Assembly (NCBI GenBank): GCA_963677495.2
Contig: CAXXOU010000003.1
Coordinates: forward strand, 224,001 to 288,000
Origin: Candidatus Cloacimonadales bacterium
Lineage (GTDB): Bacteria > Cloacimonadota > Cloacimonadia > Cloacimonadales > JAFGVF01
DNA: 64,000 nt
Direction: 5' to 3'
Positions within the stretch are counted from its first letter, which is position 1; every line of letters starts with the position of its first letter. A program made the translations under genes and the position numbers. The notes beneath the pieces are model-generated. The model was not told where the DNA came from, did no database searches, and worked only from the letters and a program-made list of their open reading frames with translations. Below, piece by piece: positions 26,446-36,523 of the stretch.

Positions 26446-29400
26446 TTACCTACCTCTTCTGAACATTCGATTCCTGCTATTTCTAACAGCTCTAACCCTC
26501 CAGAACTTCTTGTCTTCGTTTGCCTGAGTAGTCCATTGTGTAGTGTTATAATTAGCCACTTCAGTTGTCCAAGGGCCATTTGGACTTGGAGCTGATTCTA
26601 TGTTATAAGAATCTGCTAATGCAACATTATCCCAATTTAGAGTAGCATTCCCATTTTCTATTGATAGTGTTAACAGAGGGACTCCGACACTTCCCGGTTG
26701 ATATGTAAATGCAACAGGAATAGTTATCAATGGGTTCCACTCATCGTTAGACTGAATGATAATGGATCCGTCATAACTACCCTCAACCAGATTCTCCGGA
26801 TTAATAGTAATGTTTAAATCCGCACTACTCTCTGGTGAGATTGTCCCTGAAGCAGGTGAAACAGAAAGCCATCCTGCATCTTGAGACTCAGTTAGTCCAT
26901 CATCGATTCTATACATTGCACTATCGAACTCAGCTATAAGCCATAGATCTGCTCCATCATGTGCAATAGCTCCTGCCAATGTTGAGAACTGTACATCCCA
27001 ACCGGATTGATAAGTTGCTTGTGTTCCGCTTATTTCCATACTGAAGATGTGACTACTGTAAGTGCCCATATTAGTTCCAACCGCCCATAATCTATTGTGT
27101 CCCTGTACCCATTCTAAACCTTTAATTGAGTGACCACTTGTAAGACTTGCTGACCATTGTTGAGCACCTGAGTTATCAAAGCCATAGATTGTTGGATTTG
27201 GGGCATCATAATCACAGGCAATGAACTCAGAACCTGTCCAGGTTATAGCAAAACTATATAGCTGACCTGAACCTAACTGCACTGCAGAACCACTACTAAC
27301 TCCATTTATGTCATATGGAAGGATTGAACCATTCTCGTTTCCTACCCAGAAGTTTGAGCCATCCCAGGCAAGGCCTTTGGGTACGAACTGGAAAAACTCA
27401 GCAATGATTGTCACCATCTGCGTGTCAGTATCTATTTTCATTAGTCCCCATGAATACATTGGTGTAAGACCAACAATATAGATATCACCCTCAGCGTAAG
27501 CCATACCGGTTTTACTGTTCCACATATCCATGAGATTAACAGTTTCAAGTAGTTCACCTTCTGTCCTTGTTGCTCTTACTGAGCCTGAGGATGCGATCAC
27601 TGTATAATCTAAATTGGCAGTACCATCATTGTCTATTTGGAAAGGTAAATTAAGCATTGAGTTCTCGTAATGAGCTTCTGTTATCGAACTAATCGGAATT
27701 TCAATGTCTGTGTAAGGCTCAACATTAAGTACTGCAGAGTTAATTGGTATAATCTGATCATTGTAATAGTACATCATATCCCAACCATTGGAGTTTGTAC
27801 CTCCATCTAGGTCAATCCCATCAGTCATGTTCAATGACTCAATCATACCTGAAGCATAAATGTTTCCATTATCATCGAAAGTATGCCAACGTACTTTTAG
27901 CTGGTTGTCAGTCCTAAGTACTTTCAGTTTAGCATATCTATTCTGATCTGTTTTACAGTATATGATTGTACCCTCTTCATACATTCCCGCATCATTACCT
28001 TCATTGATTGGGTTCGTTGTAAGATAGTTTTCATAAGCTATGATATCTGCCCTTGTGATGTTGTCAAATTCACTGTCTGCAACTACATTAACAGTTATTG
28101 TCTCAGTCTTAGAGACAGTATAAGTACCATCAGATATTGTAAGTCTTACAGTTCTTGATTGTTCACCTAATTCTGTGAAGATTGTTTCTGTTCCTGATCT
28201 ATCACCAAAGAATACCCACTCAAGTGATGTCGGATTACCAATTGATGTGTTTTGTAGATCAACAATTAAAGGTTGTACTCCATTATCAGGTGACCAGGTA
28301 AAATCAGCTCTTAGAGGAGTGCCATCAAACTCAACAGCTCCAATATCTATGTGGTTGTTTATTGTTCGGTTATTACCGTAAATATCACTTGTAAGAGGGA
28401 CCAAACCATTACGGCTACCTGCATCTATACATGGTGAAAGTCTTGTGAATGAAAAATCAATAGTCGTGTCAATGAACTCAGGGTCTTCTGAAATAGAACC
28501 GTAAAAATGACCTGTAGGATAATTCACTCCGGCACCGTTTCCACCAAACTCGCTTACACCACCTTGAACATTGCAATTAATGAAATAAGGATTCACACTG
28601 TCCGAAGCAATCCAAACTTCATCACCTGCAGTAGCTGTATTATCCCAAAGAATGGAGTTCCTGACAGTGGGTGAACCTGAATATGAAAATACTATTGCCC
28701 CACCATTAACACTACTGTTATTCCAATAGGTTTCATTTGCTAACTCAAAATCACAGGAAAGAACATAAACTGCTCCACCGTAGCTTGTTGCATAAGATGT
28801 TGAATTGCTATCATAGATGTTACCAAACATCTGTAAATCACCATTCGCAAAGCATTGATCAAGATAGATAGCACCGGCATATCGGGTAGCAGTATTACTA
28901 TCAAAGAAGTTGTTATAGACTACTGTGTCAGAGTTACCTGAAACCCAGATTGCACCACCTGCATCGTTTGTAGCTTCATTAGTGATAAACTCATTCGTTT
29001 GGATAGTGTTATCAGAAGCTTCAGATGCATAAGCACCACCTTTCTGGGCCCTATTACCTGTGAAAGTACTGCTTGTAATAGATGATATATCAGTATTAGT
29101 GTATATTGCACCACCATAACGAGTAGCAATATTACTATTGAATGTATTACTTGTTAAAGTAGCTTCACTATTAAATGATGCAATTGCACCACCTCGGAAA
29201 CCAACAAAGCCCTGATGGAAATGGGTACGATTAGAAGTGAAGGAACAATCCTGTATCGTAGGCATTCCACTATTGATATAGATAGCTCCGGCATCACTCA
29301 CACTTCGGTTATTCATAAATAGGCAGACACTTACATTTACAGAACTGTTTTCAAGAGCAATCGCACCACCTTTAAAGGCAAAGCAATACTCGAAAGTAGA

Positions 29401-32400
29401 TTCTGTTAAAGTTAGATTCGGAGTACCTGTAATGTATAGTGCACCACCGGTTTGCCCATCTTGCCAATCATAGTTATCGAAGTTAACTCTCTTTGCATAC
29501 TCAAATTGGCAGTGATTGAATACTGCTGAATCAGTGCTATTACTGAGATGTATACCACCCCATCCACCTGCTTCCGGTTGAGTATAGTCATGCCATCCTG
29601 TTGTGTCTGCAATTGTGAAAGTAATAGGGTATACAGTAGAACCTTCTGCAATCAACGAGCCTTCCACATCTATACTGTAGTTTCCTTGAAACTCAACAAT
29701 AACATTCTGTGGAATAGTAAGTGTTACACCATCATCAATAGTCATGTTGCTATTGATTCTTACAACATCAGCCTCCCAAATAGTATCTTCAGATATGTTT
29801 CCTGAATGCTCAACAACATAAAGATTCTTGGGCTCCCATAACACTTCACCCAAGGATGCAAACTCGTCATCATCAAGTATTCGAGCATCAAGATCCAGTT
29901 CATAACCCCATGTATTAAAATATGCTTGAATTATATTGGCAGTACTGTTTTCAAGGATATATCCGTTTTCACTTTCACGCATAAAGGTGTTGTCACCCTT
30001 CGCAAACTGACTGTTCTCTCCAAGGTTTGGCAAAGCAGAACCAGCAATAGTTAGGCAAGGCGCATCTGAGGTATAAATCTCAGTTCTTCTTAAAACAGGG
30101 AAACCATTGTTGATAGCTACTCCAGCGTTCTGACTATTTAAAACTGTACAGTCATGTAGATATGAGTTAAGAGTATTATTCAAAGTTATGTTGGTTTCAG
30201 CATAAGCGAGTTTCACGAAGCTCATATGAGCTTCTGTATTACCTGCAACATTATCCGGATTTATGATTATTCCACCCCAATCCCCTTCAGATGGATTCTG
30301 AGTTATTCCCAAAACATCGTTACCTACAGAGTCATCAAAAATAGAGGTAAAAGTAATTGGGGCGTTTATATCTCCAATTGCTGAAAGGTTTCCATCGCTA
30401 ATACTCAAGCTACTACCTGAATTAGCTTTGATTATCACATCAGGATTAATGTTTACATCATAAGCCATGACTGCTCCATTAAGGATATATTCAGTTCCAA
30501 CCACATCAAGCACAGCAGGATCAGCTAACCAACCCTGAACACCAATATAGTCTGTAGATGAGAACTGATTATCATTAACGGCTAAACCTGTGAGTTCACT
30601 ATCTTCAAGGAAGATACTATAGACATTATTATTGAAAGAACAGTCTATAATATTCTCTGTTGAACCTGAAAAGAGTTGAATAGCAGAAGTTCCATTGTTA
30701 GCAAACGAGCAGTTTTGCAGATTGGGTGCTTGGAAAGAAGCTTTGAGTCCAACAGTCGAGTTATTACTTATAGATGAATTAACCATATTAAGTGTAACAT
30801 TATTATTACACAGCAGTGCCTGCCCATCTGCTCCTGCAAAGTTGATTGAAGTATAAGCTATGTCTGCAGTTGCATCAGCTGATAGTTTCAGACCTTCCCA
30901 GTCACCGGGATTAGGAGTTCCATCCCAGGCTTCCAAACTTGAAAAGATTATTGGCTCTGTCTCTGTTCCAATTGCAGTTAGACTTGTAAGAACACTTAAA
31001 GATGCATTTGTACTGCTTTCTCCAAGAACAGTAACACCTGGTTCAATAGTCAATTCATCCGCATAAACATCTGACCACAGTTCATAGTAATCAATATTAT
31101 CGGCATACAGAACAGCATTGTCACCTATATCACCTATCAAAACTATGTTTGCCACACCTTCAGGAAAGCTGAAGTTAGTGGTAGGTGTTAGATCTGAGTA
31201 GTAAAGTTTCACTGCCATCTGATTATTATAGAAGTAAGGATTAGTTAAACAAGCCATTGTGCTACTTGATATAGAAACACCTAAATCGTTATCCCTAAAA
31301 ACACAGTCAACAACAGAAGGTTCCTCACCAATAATTTCAATCCCTGTAGAGTTATCATATAATGTACAAGTATTGAATACAGGATCCGGTGACTCAACTT
31401 TACAACCGGTACCTAATGCATGACTAATCTCAACATTATCAAAGTTAAATGATGTGAATCTATCATCTATATGAACAGCTGGAGTATTATTCAAACCTGC
31501 ATACTTAATTTTCACATGGTCCAGTTCCACACTTGCAATGAAGCTGTGCCCTGCAGGAAGACCATCAAAATGCAAGCCACTCCAATCTCCGGGAGCAGGA
31601 GAAGTTGCATCTCCATCATTGTTAGTATCTCCACCGACACTATCATCTTTTAAGCTTGTAATATTAACAAATGTATCACCGGTACTCCAACTCATATCTA
31701 CTTCACCCATTATATTTAATGGATTGCCCGGTTTTACCTTTATGATTGCTCCATCTTCAACATTGATATCTTCAAACTCTAAAGGAGATTCAAAGACCCA
31801 AACATGATATGGTCTTAACCGTGATGTACTGCGAAATTGACCTGTAAGCGTGACCCCGTTAACCCCATTATCCACAAAGGTATTATAATTCGAGTTAGTA
31901 ATAATACCATTACTGAGTTCAACGGCATCTTCTTGATTGTTATAAAAATAGCAGTATGTTATACTAGAAAGAGGATAGTGATACATTAGAGTACCATCTA
32001 TATTAATGCCATTAGTAAGGCTGTGTGAGAAACTGCAATGATTTACGATATTAATATCGAAATTCCACCATATTGCTAACATAGCGCTATTGTTATCTCC
32101 ACCACCATATTTAAAGTTTACATAATTAAGATCAACATCTTCTGAAGGATTATCTGATTCCTCACCAACTATATATACAGTACCCCAATCACCGGGAGCG
32201 GGAGAAGTTGTATTTCCATCACCGTTTGTGTCTCCACCAACAGTATCATCTTTTAGTGATGTGAATGTTATGTTAATGCTTGAGTCAAAAGGAGTAATTA
32301 AACCTCCGCTAAATTTGACGTTTGCTGAATCCCACATCTTCGCTATTGCACCCGAATCAAACTCAACCGGATAATGAAACTCTGTATTCTGGAAGAATAT

Positions 32401-32991
32401 CCAAGGGAAGCTATCTGTAAATACTGAAACACTGTTATAAATGTCTCCTGTTATTATTGGACCACCATAGTTTGCTGCAGAGAAATCACAACCGATTAAA
32501 CTGTTGAAACTACTATCTTCTAAATATAATGGTGCAACATCACAAGTCCCAAATGTTGTAGTTGTCAGGTGTACTGCACTATCAAGAGCTCTAATCCCTG
32601 AGTTACAATACCCAATCCAGGTATCATGAGCTTCAATACTCCCTTGAGTTACCAACACTCCATCCCAGTCACCTGCTACCGGGTTACCATTTGAAATAGG
32701 GATATAATCTCCAACACTATCGTCATTGATACTGGTCAGATGCACCTGATTCGAGGATGGGATGTATAGTGTACCTTCAACTATCATTTCAGTATTAGGT
32801 GTAAATTTCACATTCGATTCTATAGTTAGAGTAACACCTTGTGGAATCGTAACATCAGAGGTTACCCAATATGTATTGTTACTCCATGTAGTAGTTGAGC
32901 TTATTTCTCCACTAACCTGTACAACTGCTCCAAGAGAACATATATTAATTAGAAATAAAGTTATATAAATTAACCTTGCAGACTTTCGCAT
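26446..32991 (-). CDS. Giant secreted right-handed beta-helix repeat protein with PKD-like, propeller-like and Ig/FN3-like domains
   Basis: Signal peptide after GGAGG SD (ATG 32991); six 'FTSxxDD..PxxGDWxG' units; GGAI/FxxN repeats; 'SPCIDAG...IDIGAVE'; 'ADF..P..G..PL.V...NTS.G.PTS..W'. Confidence 0.8.
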   Translation of the reverse strand: MRKSARLIYITLFLINICSLGAVVQVSGEISSTTTWSNNTYWVTSDVTIPQGVTLTIESNVKFTPNTEMIVEGTLYIPSSNQVHLTSINDDSVGDYIPISNGNPVAGDWDGVLVTQGSIEAHDTWIGYCNSGIRALDSAVHLTTTTFGTCDVAPLYLEDSSFNSLIGCDFSAANYGGPIITGDIYNSVSVFTDSFPWIFFQNTEFHYPVEFDSGAIAKMWDSANVKFSGGLITPFDSSINITFTSLKDDTVGGDTNGDGNTTSPAPGDWGTVYIVGEESDNPSEDVDLNYVNFKYGGGDNNSAMLAIWWNFDINIVNHCSFSHSLTNGINIDGTLMYHYPLSSITYCYFYNNQEDAVELSNGIITNSNYNTFVDNGVNGVTLTGQFRSTSRLRPYHVWVFESPLEFEDINVEDGAIIKVKPGNPLNIMGEVDMSWSTGDTFVNITSLKDDSVGGDTNNDGDATSPAPGDWSGLHFDGLPAGHSFIASVELDHVKIKYAGLNNTPAVHIDDRFTSFNFDNVEISHALGTGCKVESPDPVFNTCTLYDNSTGIEIIGEEPSVVDCVFRDNDLGVSISSSTMACLTNPYFYNNQMAVKLYYSDLTPTTNFSFPEGVANIVLIGDIGDNAVLYADNIDYYELWSDVYADELTIEPGVTVLGESSTNASLSVLTSLTAIGTETEPIIFSSLEAWDGTPNPGDWEGLKLSADATADIAYTSINFAGADGQALLCNNNVTLNMVNSSISNNSTVGLKASFQAPNLQNCSFANNGTSAIQLFSGSTENIIDCSFNNNVYSIFLEDSELTGLAVNDNQFSSTDYIGVQGWLADPAVLDVVGTEYILNGAVMAYDVNINPDVIIKANSGSSLSISDGNLSAIGDINAPITFTSIFDDSVGNDVLGITQNPSEGDWGGIIINPDNVAGNTEAHMSFVKLAYAETNITLNNTLNSYLHDCTVLNSQNAGVAINNGFPVLRRTEIYTSDAPCLTIAGSALPNLGENSQFAKGDNTFMRESENGYILENSTANIIQAYFNTWGYELDLDARILDDDEFASLGEVLWEPKNLYVVEHSGNISEDTIWEADVVRINSNMTIDDGVTLTIPQNVIVEFQGNYSIDVEGSLIAEGSTVYPITFTIADTTGWHDYTQPEAGGWGGIHLSNSTDSAVFNHCQFEYAKRVNFDNYDWQDGQTGGALYITGTPNLTLTESTFEYCFAFKGGAIALENSSVNVSVCLFMNNRSVSDAGAIYINSGMPTIQDCSFTSNRTHFHQGFVGFRGGAIASFNSEATLTSNTFNSNIATRYGGAIYTNTDISSITSSTFTGNRAQKGGAYASEASDNTIQTNEFITNEATNDAGGAIWVSGNSDTVVYNNFFDSNTATRYAGAIYLDQCFANGDLQMFGNIYDSNSTSYATSYGGAVYVLSCDFELANETYWNNSSVNGGAIVFSYSGSPTVRNSILWDNTATAGDEVWIASDSVNPYFINCNVQGGVSEFGGNGAGVNYPTGHFYGSISEDPEFIDTTIDFSFTRLSPCIDAGSRNGLVPLTSDIYGNNRTINNHIDIGAVEFDGTPLRADFTWSPDNGVQPLIVDLQNTSIGNPTSLEWVFFGDRSGTETIFTELGEQSRTVRLTISDGTYTVSKTETITVNVVADSEFDNITRADIIAYENYLTTNPINEGNDAGMYEEGTIIYCKTDQNRYAKLKVLRTDNQLKVRWHTFDDNGNIYASGMIESLNMTDGIDLDGGTNSNGWDMMYYYNDQIIPINSAVLNVEPYTDIEIPISSITEAHYENSMLNLPFQIDNDGTANLDYTVIASSGSVRATRTEGELLETVNLMDMWNSKTGMAYAEGDIYIVGLTPMYSWGLMKIDTDTQMVTIIAEFFQFVPKGLAWDGSNFWVGNENGSILPYDINGVSSGSAVQLGSGQLYSFAITWTGSEFIACDYDAPNPTIYGFDNSGAQQWSASLTSGHSIKGLEWVQGHNRLWAVGTNMGTYSSHIFSMEISGTQATYQSGWDVQFSTLAGAIAHDGADLWLIAEFDSAMYRIDDGLTESQDAGWLSVSPASGTISPESSADLNITINPENLVEGSYDGSIIIQSNDEWNPLITIPVAFTYQPGSVGVPLLTLSIENGNATLNWDNVALADSYNIESAPSPNGPWTTEVANYNTTQWTTQANEDKKFWRVRAVRNSRNRMFRRGR

Positions 32992-33094
32992 TCTTCCTCC
33001 TAAAAATAACATTTAATAATCAAAATTTCCCAATAAATGTCAAGTTCTATATGGTTAAATCTTTAGAGACATGTATTAAACTTATCTATCATTG

Positions 33095-33226
33095 CTCCTT
33101 CATAATTCAGCACCAATTTGTATCAATTTCTACTCAGAATCTTATCACTCTCTTATGCTCTACCCCCAGAAAGGCCCAAGAGACTCTCAAAATTCGGTCT
33201 ACTTTTAATCACTTATTATGATGGAG
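33095..33226 (+). repeat. Family-2 132-bp element with 12-bp terminal inverted repeats
   Basis: CTCCTTCATAAT...ATTATGATGGAG; gap-free homologue of 45148-45279 (opposite strand). Confidence 0.8.
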
Positions 33227-33295
33227 GAATGAAAGAACATAGAGTCTAAATCTTCTGAAACGAGAATCAGAACTCAGAATAATATTAAAAAAGAT

Positions 33296-33375
33296 TGACA
33301 TAATACAGAATGTATGTAAAGTTTTGTATGTTAGGATTTAATCTGAAGGATTCATAGTCTTTCTGATTAAATCCT
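33296..33375 (+). promoter_or_regulatory. Putative promoter plus 5'-leader hairpin of PilX-like gene
   Basis: TTGACA 33296-33301, TG-TAAAGT -10-like; AGGATTTAATC(33333-43)...GATTAAATCCT(33365-75). Confidence 0.5.
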
Positions 33376-33422
33376 GCAAAAGAAAACAGTGTTAAAACTG
33401 TATATTATCTTTTGGAGGAATC

Positions 33423-35321
33423 ATGCAACATTTGTCAAATGAGCAAGGCTCTATCTCTTTAGCTATTATTGTAGCTATAATCGCAATCATCTCAGCTACA
33501 TCATTAGCTCTTATTGCAAAAACTGACCATGCACATCTTGGTTTAACTATTTCAAATGAACAGGAACGGATATTACTACGTTCTGAGATTGAAAGGTGCT
33601 ACACTGTTCTTAGTAATACAGACACAATTAGTGGAATGGTTTTACCTGAACGACGCGTTAACATCAAAGCAAAGAACTATGACAGGACTTACTATACTAA
33701 CTCAGAGATAAAACCTAAAACATCCACTGCTCAAGGTGTGATGAGTTATGAACTTAAATGTGGAATTAGCAACTCAAAAGGAGTTTTCAATAGGCTAAGA
33801 ACACGTGTGGATAGATATAGTTATGCCGAAGTTGGACGTCTGAATCTTGCCGGGATTCATTACTTTACAGATTCTGAGTTAACAGTAAACAACACTCAAG
33901 CTTGTTTCTGGGGAAATGATGTTGTCTATGGAGAATTACACACTAATGGTGATATTGCTGTTCAGAATGGTGGTAATAACCAATACAATGGTCCATGGCC
34001 CTGTTTCTTTAGTAAGGTGTCTATGGCAGGTGATTTAAATTGGTATAATGGTGCCGGTCCTATGGATCAAATCTTTAGAGACGGGTATCAGGAAAATGCG
34101 GAAGTTATCCCTTTCCCGAATAGTGCAGATGATATTAGAATGCTTGGAACTGTAATTGATATTTCCGGGGATATATTATATATTAGATCATTTGGAGCAT
34201 CTACAGAAGGTTATATGGGGACAATAGTTTACGCTGGAATAGATACTTTGTTTAATCTGGTACCTGAAGTTGGCACATGGACAGCATCAGATGGAGTTCA
34301 GAACCCGTATCAATACGTTCGAGACCGTTCTGCGTTTAATAGAATGACTCATAAGGATACTATTTGGAGTTCATGTTCTGTAACATGTCCGAATGGTGGA
34401 GGAGTTTTGATAGAAAATGCACAGTTATGGATAGATGGCACTTTCTCTGGTGCACAGACTTGGGCTTGTACTGACACTTTGTTTATCGCAGGAGATATCC
34501 TTTTAGATGGAACAGCAATGGGAGAGTTTCCGGACGATGTTATGCATCATAATGATAGCGACAGAGTTGGTTTGATATCAGAGGAGAGTATCGTTATCAA
34601 ATATGGCATGCCGGATTTATTAGCGGGAATAGATGGTGGGATATATCATCGCTTACACCCTAACAGTGATGATATTTACATCTATGCTGCTTTATGTGCT
34701 CTTGGAGATGGGAATAGTAACCCTAACTATGATGGAAGATTTACATTTGAGTATCAACACCCACATGCTTCAACGCCTTCTATCGGCTTTACTGAAATCT
34801 ATGATCCCGAGATGGATACTGTATTCACTAAGAACGTTGCATATCCCGACCTTCAGGGCTTATCGAACGTCAACGGCTACACTCCTACAGGATATGGAGA
34901 TATAATTGATTATAGTAGCTCAACAATAAACAATAACTGGCCCGGAGATTTGGACTTCCCGTTCTATAATCCACTATATCCCGAAGGACCTAATGACATA
35001 AATCAATATGCCGGTGAACGAGGAACTATTCACCTTTTTGGTTCAGTTGCTCAAAGAAGAAAAGGCTATGTACATCGCTCGAATTACCAGAATCTCAATA
35101 GAACCCAAAATGTTTGGATGTTCAATGATGAAGATTTCACAGGAATTGCCCAATATGGTGGAAACTGTACATCAGCAGGAGAAGGTTATGATACATATTA
35201 TATGTTCGACTCGAGATTCATTTCAACCCCTCCTCCCTTATTCCCTTTAACAAATAAACTGATATTTGTGGACCATAGTAAGATGACTAGCTCGCAAGCA
35301 GGGAGCCATGCTGACTTCTAA
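33423..35321 (+). CDS. PilX-like (class III signal peptide) minor pilin/pseudopilin-type protein
   Basis: 'NEQG|SISLAIIVAIIAIIS' N-terminus; 'GELHTNGDI'; 'FGSVAQRRKG...GY...Y.FD.R...PPPLFP' C-terminus. Confidence 0.6.
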   Translation: MQHLSNEQGSISLAIIVAIIAIISATSLALIAKTDHAHLGLTISNEQERILLRSEIERCYTVLSNTDTISGMVLPERRVNIKAKNYDRTYYTNSEIKPKTSTAQGVMSYELKCGISNSKGVFNRLRTRVDRYSYAEVGRLNLAGIHYFTDSELTVNNTQACFWGNDVVYGELHTNGDIAVQNGGNNQYNGPWPCFFSKVSMAGDLNWYNGAGPMDQIFRDGYQENAEVIPFPNSADDIRMLGTVIDISGDILYIRSFGASTEGYMGTIVYAGIDTLFNLVPEVGTWTASDGVQNPYQYVRDRSAFNRMTHKDTIWSSCSVTCPNGGGVLIENAQLWIDGTFSGAQTWACTDTLFIAGDILLDGTAMGEFPDDVMHHNDSDRVGLISEESIVIKYGMPDLLAGIDGGIYHRLHPNSDDIYIYAALCALGDGNSNPNYDGRFTFEYQHPHASTPSIGFTEIYDPEMDTVFTKNVAYPDLQGLSNVNGYTPTGYGDIIDYSSSTINNNWPGDLDFPFYNPLYPEGPNDINQYAGERGTIHLFGSVAQRRKGYVHRSNYQNLNRTQNVWMFNDEDFTGIAQYGGNCTSAGEGYDTYYMFDSRFISTPPPLFPLTNKLIFVDHSKMTSSQAGSHADF

Positions 35322-35340
35322 TTTAAGTGTCTTAATATTT

Positions 35341-35369
35341 AGGGTAGACAATGTCTGCCCTTTTTCTTT
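35341..35369 (+). terminator. Intrinsic terminator
   Basis: AGGGTAGACA-a-TGTCTGCCCT followed by T-tract. Confidence 0.75.
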
Positions 35370-35389
35370 ACTCAATCATAGGAGTTAAA

Positions 35390-35950
35390 ATGACTATTAG
35401 TGAAAGACCAATATCGGATGTTATGCACATACATGAAGTTTCTATTGCCTTTGAGGTAAAGTCTGTGTGCAGATTCAAACTTACAACTGATGAATATTGC
35501 TTCATTGAAGAGTCGATAGAAAAACCATATATCAAAGACTATGATTCTATCCCAGATAATCATCCTATGGATTGGGCAAAAGAATTTGATATGCAGAATT
35601 GGGGATTACTATTCGCTCACGAAGATGATAAGATAATAGGTTCAGCTTTAATCGCATACAATACTAATGGTGTGAATATGCTGGAAGGTAGCAGTGAATT
35701 AGCTGTACTCTGGGACTTACGAGTAGCACCTAAACATAGAGGGAAAGGGGTTGGGAGAGCACTATTTGATGCTGCGAAAGCTTGGGCAAAAGCAAAAGGT
35801 TGCAAAGAGCTTAAGATTGAGACGCAGAACAACAATGTGGGAGCTCTGAAATTCTATTTCAAACAGGGAGCTGAATTAAGAAAGGTAGTTACCAATGCCT
35901 ATGATGCTGTTCCGGGTGAGGATATGCTTCTATTCTATGTGAAAATTTGA
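35390..35950 (+). CDS. GNAT acetyltransferase (streptothricin acetyltransferase-like)
   Basis: 'HRGKGVGRAL', 'IETQNNNVGA'; AGGAG SD before ATG 35390. Confidence 0.85.
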   Translation: MTISERPISDVMHIHEVSIAFEVKSVCRFKLTTDEYCFIEESIEKPYIKDYDSIPDNHPMDWAKEFDMQNWGLLFAHEDDKIIGSALIAYNTNGVNMLEGSSELAVLWDLRVAPKHRGKGVGRALFDAAKAWAKAKGCKELKIETQNNNVGALKFYFKQGAELRKVVTNAYDAVPGEDMLLFYVKI

Positions 35951-36106
35951 GAGAAAGCATTATAAGTAACGACACGTGTATTTATTGCATAATCTCTAGT
36001 TTCAAACTCTTTAGAATCTTAAACTCTTTTTTAACACTAAGAGACTAACTTACAACTGTCTATCATAAGAAGTTAAGTAAATCATTTGCTACACTTCTCG
36101 TTCTAG

Positions 36107-36240
36107 TCCCAGCAGTAATAATTACCGTTATGATAGCGATATCTCAGTAATAACTTACCAATTACTTAGTAATTAGGCCAAGGATTGGCCAAGAATTGGC
36201 CAAGAGTTGCCTAAGGGTTTGCTAAGAATTACTGCTGGGA
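36107..36240 (+). repeat. Family-1 phased element, 5-unit copy with perfect 13-bp terminal inverted repeat
   Basis: TCCCAGCAGTAAT(36107-19)...ATTACTGCTGGGA(36228-40); CCAAG/CTAAG every 11 bp. Confidence 0.85.
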
Positions 36241-36523
36241 AATGAGAGAGAAACAAGGGTCAAGTCATAACAACTACGGATTTAAAGGTTCCCACTATTG
36301 CAAGTTTAAGTGTAAGGAGGGACAAGGAACATCATGATCAGTTCGTAAGCTAAAGGTGAACATCTGTATGCTAAAAAGATATATATATTATAGCTAAGTC
36401 TCATTACTTCGAAATTAAGATGACCGTAATGGTGGTAACTAACAATAATTTCTTGACATCAATGCATACATTATATGTAATTAGATGTTAATTTAAAACT
36501 TATACGAAAAATTGGGAGGAAAA

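Noticed and set aside
31868..31876. Isolated TTATCCACA inside CDS (also near 57677)
   Set aside because: Single boxes in coding DNA are expected by chance at this base composition
32976..33221. Similar short ORFs 32976-33221 and 45153-45335 as a peptide family
   Set aside because: Similarity is confined to the family-2 repeat, N-termini are unrelated, no SD, and many changes are non-synonymous; coding role not fully excluded
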